From Nostoc sp. PCC 7120 = FACHB-418 (GTDB lineage: Bacteria > Cyanobacteriota > Cyanobacteriia > Cyanobacteriales > Nostocaceae): 32,000 nt of DNA. Location of the stretch: positions 2,190,001-2,222,000 of the forward strand of contig NC_003272.1 in assembly GCF_000009705.1 (NCBI RefSeq), read 5' to 3'. A program made the translations under genes and the position numbers. Under the pieces are notes generated by a model. That model did no database searches, was not told the origin of the DNA, and saw nothing but the letters and a program-made list of their open reading frames with translations. Below, in pieces: positions 28,103 through 32,000 of this stretch (position 1 is the first letter of the stretch; the number at the start of each line of letters is the position of its first letter).

Positions 28103-29854
28103 ATGATTCATGCTGTTCGTTGTAATCAGCCATCATTTAAAACAGTTGAGTTCAGACCTGGTTTAAATATAGTTTTAGCAGATCGTACAGAAGATTCTGG
28201 ACAAAGAGATTCCCGTAATGGATTGGGTAAATCTACTCTCATTGAAATTATTCACTTTTGTCTTGGAGGAACAATTCAGAAAGCTAAAGGACTTGGTTCT
28301 AGAAATCTTCGTGGTTGGGCTTTTAGTTTAGAGCTTACACTTGCAAATCAAATTATCACCGTCACAAGAAATACTGAAGATAAGACTGAGGTAGTAATAG
28401 ATGGAAATACTACTAACTGGCCTATTCAACCCAAAGAACAAGAAGGTCACAAGGTTCTCAGTTTGGATGACTGGAAGGCTGTTTTAGGAAATTTAACATT
28501 TGGATTAAGCATTGATTATGATAAGAAATACAAGCCTACTTTTAGAGGACTTATTTCTTACTTTATCCGTCGTGGAAGAGACGCATTTTCTACACCATTT
28601 GAGCATCACAAAAATCAACTGAGTTGGGAAAAACAAATTAATAATTCTTTTCTCCTTGGTCTGGCTTGGGAAGACGCAAGAGAATTGCAACTTTTAAATG
28701 ATAAACAAAAACTGATAACAGATATTAAAAAACTTAAAAAAGATACAGAATCTGGCGTTGCGATTGGAATTTTAGGTTCGTTAGGTGAGCTTGAAGCGTT
28801 AAAAGTTCAGGTCGAAGCTCAACTACGTGAAAGAAAAGAAACATTGAACAATTTTCGTGTAGCAGAGCAATATCATGAATTAGAAGAAAGAGTTAATTTT
28901 TTAACATCGCAAATTCATGAGGCAACAAATAAAAATATTACTGACCAGAAATTACTAGAGTTTTATCAATCTAGTCTTAAATCAGAAGATGAACCAAGAC
29001 CAGATGATATCGTTAGTATATATGAGAATGCTGGCATTGAATTGCCAGGATTAGTAGTTAGAAGGCTAGAAGAAGTAGAAATATTTCATCGCCGATTAAT
29101 AGAAAATCGTAGAGAGTTTTTAGGAAGTGAAATCAAACGTCTTAGGCGGGATCTAGTTTCTAGAGAAAATTTTATTCGAGAAAAAAGCAATGAGCGTGCG
29201 GAATTATTAGAAGTTTTAAAGACGCACGGTGCTTTGGAAGAGTATACAATGCTACAAGAAATTTATCTTGATAATGTAGCTAACCTAAACGAAATTAATA
29301 AACGTATCGAAGAATTAAAACAATTTGAAGAAGAAAGAAGTAGCCTAAAAATTGAAAAAGAACTCTTGCTTCAACGTGCTAGACGCGACTATGGAGAACG
29401 AAATGAGCAAGCTGAACGTGCTATTGATTTATTCAGAATAAACTCTCGATTTCTCTATGATACTCCTGGAAGACTTATCATTGATGTAGGTAAAAATGGT
29501 TTTACTTTTGGAGTAGAAATTGGGCGAGATGGTAGTGAAGGTATCGATAAAATGAAGATATTTTGCTATGATTTAATGCTGGCACAGCTTTGGTCAGAAC
29601 GAGATCCTTCACCCCGAATACTAATTCATGATAGTACAATTTTTGATGGTGTAGATGAAAGACAAATATCTCTTGCTTTACAGTTAGTAGATAGAGAGGC
29701 TAGAAGCCGTGGCTTTCAATATATCTGCACATTAAATTCAGACATGATTCCACAGTCAGAGTTTTCTGCACTTGACTTTAATTTTCATTCCTTTGTCAGA
29801 CTTAGACTTACAGATGAGAATGAAGAAGGAAGATTATTAGGTATTAGCTTTTAG
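28103..29854 (+). CDS. SMC/Rad50-like ABC ATPase with long coiled-coil insert (ABC-three-component / Lamassu LmuB-like; DUF2326-like)
   Basis: 583 aa from ATG 28103 (the ORF track starts at GTG 28094). Walker A is SRNGLGKST. There are about 250 aa of heptad repeats (residues about 190-440), then GSEGIDK, Walker B RILIHDS and D-loop FDGVDE. The ATG overlaps the stop of the small gene (ATGA). Confidence 0.8.
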   Translation: MIHAVRCNQPSFKTVEFRPGLNIVLADRTEDSGQRDSRNGLGKSTLIEIIHFCLGGTIQKAKGLGSRNLRGWAFSLELTLANQIITVTRNTEDKTEVVIDGNTTNWPIQPKEQEGHKVLSLDDWKAVLGNLTFGLSIDYDKKYKPTFRGLISYFIRRGRDAFSTPFEHHKNQLSWEKQINNSFLLGLAWEDARELQLLNDKQKLITDIKKLKKDTESGVAIGILGSLGELEALKVQVEAQLRERKETLNNFRVAEQYHELEERVNFLTSQIHEATNKNITDQKLLEFYQSSLKSEDEPRPDDIVSIYENAGIELPGLVVRRLEEVEIFHRRLIENRREFLGSEIKRLRRDLVSRENFIREKSNERAELLEVLKTHGALEEYTMLQEIYLDNVANLNEINKRIEELKQFEEERSSLKIEKELLLQRARRDYGERNEQAERAIDLFRINSRFLYDTPGRLIIDVGKNGFTFGVEIGRDGSEGIDKMKIFCYDLMLAQLWSERDPSPRILIHDSTIFDGVDERQISLALQLVDREARSRGFQYICTLNSDMIPQSEFSALDFNFHSFVRLRLTDENEEGRLLGISF

Positions 29855-29902
29855 TTAAATGTTAGTTAGGTTAAGGCGCAAGCTTGCATATTTGCAGCAC
29901 AA

Positions 29903-29953
29903 CGAATTAATACTTACGCCGTAACCCAACACTAACCCCTGATAAATAGTAAT
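29903..29953 (+). repeat. Copy 1 of a direct repeat preceding a toxin cassette
   Basis: CGAATTAATacTTaCgccGTAACCCAACAC...CCTGA..GATAAATAGTAAT. The first 30 nt match 30790-30819 at 24 of 30 positions. Confidence 0.7.
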
Positions 29954-29991
29954 GAAGGTAAAAATATTAAAATTTAGCAACAAGGGCGATT

Positions 29992-30360
29992 TTGAATAAA
30001 GAGGATATAATCTACCAACAAGTTATAGCAATTGCTAGTAGTTACGGAATTTTTGATTGCATTCCCTGTGCTAGAGCAATCAAAGAATTTTTGATCAGAC
30101 AAAGTATTCATGGCAAGCATATTAAAATAGATACAAATTCTCAAGATTCAATTTATGGCAGGATTTATGATGATAGCATTGGTGAATTGATTGCTACTAC
30201 AGGTCATCATGAAGGTGTTATAATTGAGGTAAATGGCTTAGAAATTGTTTTTGATAACATCCACCATCAAGGAATAACGCGATTAGACTGGATACAAAAT
30301 CTCTATTCACCTATTCTAGATGCAGGATTAGAGTTTCAAATCACAGAAAGTTACTTTTAA
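29992..30360 (+). CDS. Stand-alone papain-fold-like toxin domain protein (Tox-PL-like), TTG start
   Basis: 122 aa with no Met other than the TTG-encoded start. The Cys is at a helix N-terminus (GIFDCIPCARAIKEFL), followed by GHHEGVIIEV and VFDNIHHQG. That is the Cys...His...Asp/Asn order of papain-like peptidase/deamidase toxins. The assignment is by eye and unverified. Confidence 0.5.
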   Translation: MNKEDIIYQQVIAIASSYGIFDCIPCARAIKEFLIRQSIHGKHIKIDTNSQDSIYGRIYDDSIGELIATTGHHEGVIIEVNGLEIVFDNIHHQGITRLDWIQNLYSPILDAGLEFQITESYF

Positions 30361-30383
30361 CCTAGAGAATTAGTGAGTCAAGT

Positions 30384-30725
30384 ATGAATAATTTATACAA
30401 CTTACTGCAAAAGATCAAAAAAAGACCTGCGATGTACTTAGGTAGAAATTCTATTTTTAGCCTGCAAGCATTTTTAGACGGCTACTACTTTGCACGTCGA
30501 GAAATTGGTATTAACTTAACAGAAGAAGAAGTAGAATTTCAAAACTTTTTACAATGGATAAGACACAGATTTAATGTAGAAACAGGTCAGTTATGGTCAA
30601 GTATTATTCTTTTCCATTCAGCAGATGAAAAAAGTGCAGTGGATAGATTTTTTACTTTGTTTGAAGAATTTAATCAACAGCATAAAAATCAGGAAATAGA
30701 AAAAATTGATCAGGTGGTTACGTAA
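30384..30725 (+). CDS. Putative cognate immunity protein
   Basis: 113 aa, 23 nt downstream of the toxin-like gene. The N-terminal KKRPAMYLGRNSIFSLQAFLDGYYFA pattern recurs in polymorphic-toxin immunity proteins, by my recollection. Confidence 0.45.
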   Translation: MNNLYNLLQKIKKRPAMYLGRNSIFSLQAFLDGYYFARREIGINLTEEEVEFQNFLQWIRHRFNVETGQLWSSIILFHSADEKSAVDRFFTLFEEFNQQHKNQEIEKIDQVVT

Positions 30726-30789
30726 CAATTCAGATACCCTAATTCTAAGATTGATGATTTTGATGATCGAAAAATCTTAAAAAGAAGTC

Positions 30790-30852
30790 CGAATTAATGT
30801 TTGCATTGTAACCCAACACCAAAATACCTGAATTTCCCCCAGATAATGTAAT
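30790..30852 (+). repeat. Copy 2 of the direct repeat preceding a toxin cassette
   Basis: CGAATTAATgtTTgCattGTAACCCAACAC...CCTGA...GATAATGTAAT, about 40 nt upstream of the vapB-like start. Confidence 0.7.
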
Positions 30853-30889
30853 CAGAAAATTTATTTGTTAGGATTTAAAGTTATTCATA

Positions 30890-31120
30890 ATGCTGCAAAT
30901 CATCAAAGCAACCTGCACCAACGGCGAACTTATTTTAAGTGAAAAACTCAGTTCCGAATTAGAAGGTAAAACCCTGCAAGTTATGATTATTGAACCCAGC
31001 GAACCTAATCAAGATCATCAAGCCTCAAAAATACAGCAATTTCTAGCACGAGTTAATAACTACTCTTTCCAAATACCCGTAGATTACAAATTTAATCGAG
31101 ACGAAATTTATGAAAGATAA
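30890..31120 (+). CDS. VapB-type antitoxin (small beta-rich N-terminus, cyanobacterial type)
   Basis: 76 aa. IIKATCTNGELILSEKL...LQVMIIE is typical of antitoxins paired with PIN toxins. It overlaps the PIN gene by 11 nt. Confidence 0.6.
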   Translation: MLQIIKATCTNGELILSEKLSSELEGKTLQVMIIEPSEPNQDHQASKIQQFLARVNNYSFQIPVDYKFNRDEIYER

Positions 31121-31430
31121 AATTTTTCTCGATACTAACCTCTGGATTTATCTCTATGCTAAAAATCCGCTCGAAAAATCCCAACAAGTTGCAGAAATCA
31201 TTAAAAATAATTATTCATTTCTGCTAGTTAGCACTCAGGTCTTAGGTGAATTATTTCATTTTTTAACCAGAAAAAAATCACATCTAAAACTGATGCAACC
31301 ACGATTATATCAGATATAGTTAATACCTTTCCAATTCAGGCAATTAACACAACAGAGGTTATACAAGCATTAGAAATTCACGCTAAATATAACTACTCTT
31401 ATTGGGATAGTTTGATTATACAGCACTTTG
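31110..31430 (+). pseudogene. vapC: PIN-domain (VapC) toxin gene, frameshifted in an A7 run (31271-31277) and 3'-truncated by an IS
   Basis: Frame 1 reads MKDKIFLDTNLWIYLY...VSTQVLGELFHFLTRKK. Continuing in the -1 frame gives ITSKTDATTIISDIVNTFPIQAINTTEVIQALEIHAKYNYSYWDSLII. The sequence then breaks off at TA 31429-31430, where the IS begins. Confidence 0.7.
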
Positions 31431-31477
31431 TCTAACGGTTTGGTACAGTAGTTGAGAAGATAAAAGTAAAAAATCAG

Positions 31478-31837
31478 ATGAAACCCTACTCAGTAGACCT
31501 GCGCTCAAAAATTATTAGCGTTTACGAAGCGGGAAATACATCTATTCGCAAAGTAGCAGAAAGATTCAAGGTAAGTAAAAATACAGTACAAAACCTCGTG
31601 AAGCGAAAACGAGAAAAAGGGACGCTAGAGCCAAGTGTAGCGACAGGAGGAAAACCAAGCCAAGTATCTGGTTATGAACAACAGATAGAGCAAATGGTAG
31701 CAGAACATCTAGACTATACCCTAGCCGAATACTGTGAGTATTGGGAAGAAAAGACAGGGGTAAGGTTAAGTGAGAGTGCAATGTGCAGATTTCTTCAGAA
31801 ACAGAAGCTCACCCTCAAAAAAAACAGTACGAAGTAG
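31478..31837 (+). CDS. IS630-family transposase, N-terminal HTH frame
   Basis: 119 aa. YSVDLRSKIISVYEAGNTSIRKVAERFKVSKNTVQNLVKR is a typical IS630 HTH. The frame ends just after an A8 run (31817-31824). Confidence 0.85.
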   Translation: MKPYSVDLRSKIISVYEAGNTSIRKVAERFKVSKNTVQNLVKRKREKGTLEPSVATGGKPSQVSGYEQQIEQMVAEHLDYTLAEYCEYWEEKTGVRLSESAMCRFLQKQKLTLKKNSTK

Positions 31838-32000
31838 TCAAGCAGGAACAGAAATTACACAAAATAAAAGGCTTTCTTACTGGGAAAGCGTCCGAGATAT
31901 TGTTGCAGATGACCTAGTTTTTGTAGATGAAATGGGCGTATTACTCGGATTAACGAGAGGAATGGGCAGAAGTAAAAAGGGAGACAGAGTTTATGATGTC
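31818..32000 (+). CDS. IS630-family transposase, catalytic frame (+1 relative to the upstream frame), partial
   Basis: It reads KKTVRSSQAGTEITQNKRLSYWESVRDIVADDLVFVDEMGVLLGLTRGMGRSKKGDRVYDV, with the first DDE Asp in VFVDEMG, and is open to the window end. Confidence 0.8.

Larger units (their letters stand above)
26643..28106 (+). pseudogene. Small 'middle component' gene of the ABC-3C-like operon, interrupted by IS630 (5' fragment 26643-26715, 3' fragment 27909-28106)
   Basis: ATG 26643 gives MTNSIEYSSTYNSSLILPTKHIST and then enters the IS. Deleting 26716-27909 joins it in frame to SYSLLGVGAKILEQLYQPRTV...LLRRCHQ, giving about 89 aa. There are ATGA overlaps with gene B upstream and with the ATPase gene downstream (28103-28106). 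Confidence 0.75.
31431..32000 (+). mobile_element. Second, unrelated IS630-family element (left part only; continues past the window)
   Basis: It carries a two-frame IS630-type transposase. The left boundary is inferred from where the PIN reading frame loses sense, after TA at 31429-31430. The right end is not visible, so the terminal repeats could not be checked. Confidence 0.7.

Noticed and set aside
27918-28106. 62-aa ORF as an independent small gene with a TTG start
   Set aside because: It is better explained as the 3' fragment of the IS-interrupted middle gene. It joins in frame to the 26643 ORF once the IS plus one TA is removed.
28103-29854. Alternative classification of the ATPase as Septu PtuA, Gabija GajA or an OLD-family/AAA_15 ATPase
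   Set aside because: There is no HNH, TOPRIM or helicase partner gene adjacent. The long central coiled coil and the small helical gene immediately upstream fit the ABC-3C/Lamassu layout better. This still needs an HMM check.
29952-29999. 15-codon ATG ORF (MKVKILKFSNKGDFE) just upstream of, and overlapping, the toxin start as a leader peptide
   Set aside because: It is too short and unsupported by any motif. I noted it only because the toxin gene itself lacks an ATG.

Overview
This window reads as chromosome from a heterocyst-forming (Nostoc/Anabaena-type) cyanobacterium. The GCGATCGC (HIP1) palindrome is very frequent, and STRR-type heptamer arrays sit at gene boundaries.

Positions 1-25108 are conserved backbone, with gene order resembling the Anabaena icd-pds-crtB-natB-mrp neighbourhood. 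In order:
- a partial MalK-like ABC ATPase, hicBA and gun4
- icd, nagZ, pds, crtB and tRNA-Ser(GCU)
- a NatB-like amino-acid binding protein and an outer-membrane beta-barrel candidate
- a seven-gene cyanobacterial mrp (CDEFGAB) antiporter operon
- an M50/CBS protease and trmB
- a cheR-cheB-hybrid kinase module, a helical-repeat protein and a transketolase/phosphoketolase-superfamily TPP enzyme

A 1.3-kb AT-rich, HIP1-free cassette of three unknown ORFs, bounded by a 19-nt inverted repeat, lies between the convergent icd and nagZ genes.

From about 25.1 kb to the window end the composition changes: it is AT-rich and I saw no HIP1 copies. The content is accessory:
- A tightly coupled four-gene operon (25300-29854) matches the predicted ABC-three-component / Lamassu-like conflict systems in layout. 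It has two coiled-coil proteins sharing an N-terminal helical hairpin, a small middle gene and an SMC-like coiled-coil ABC ATPase, but no recognisable enzymatic effector.
- The small middle gene is split by a complete IS630 element. Removing the IS plus one TA copy restores the reading frame exactly.
- Downstream are a stand-alone papain-fold-like toxin with a putative immunity gene, a vapB/vapC pair and a second, different IS630-family element. vapC is frameshifted and truncated by that IS.
- A roughly 50-60 nt direct repeat precedes both toxin cassettes.

All protein family calls come from motif recognition by eye. No database search was run.
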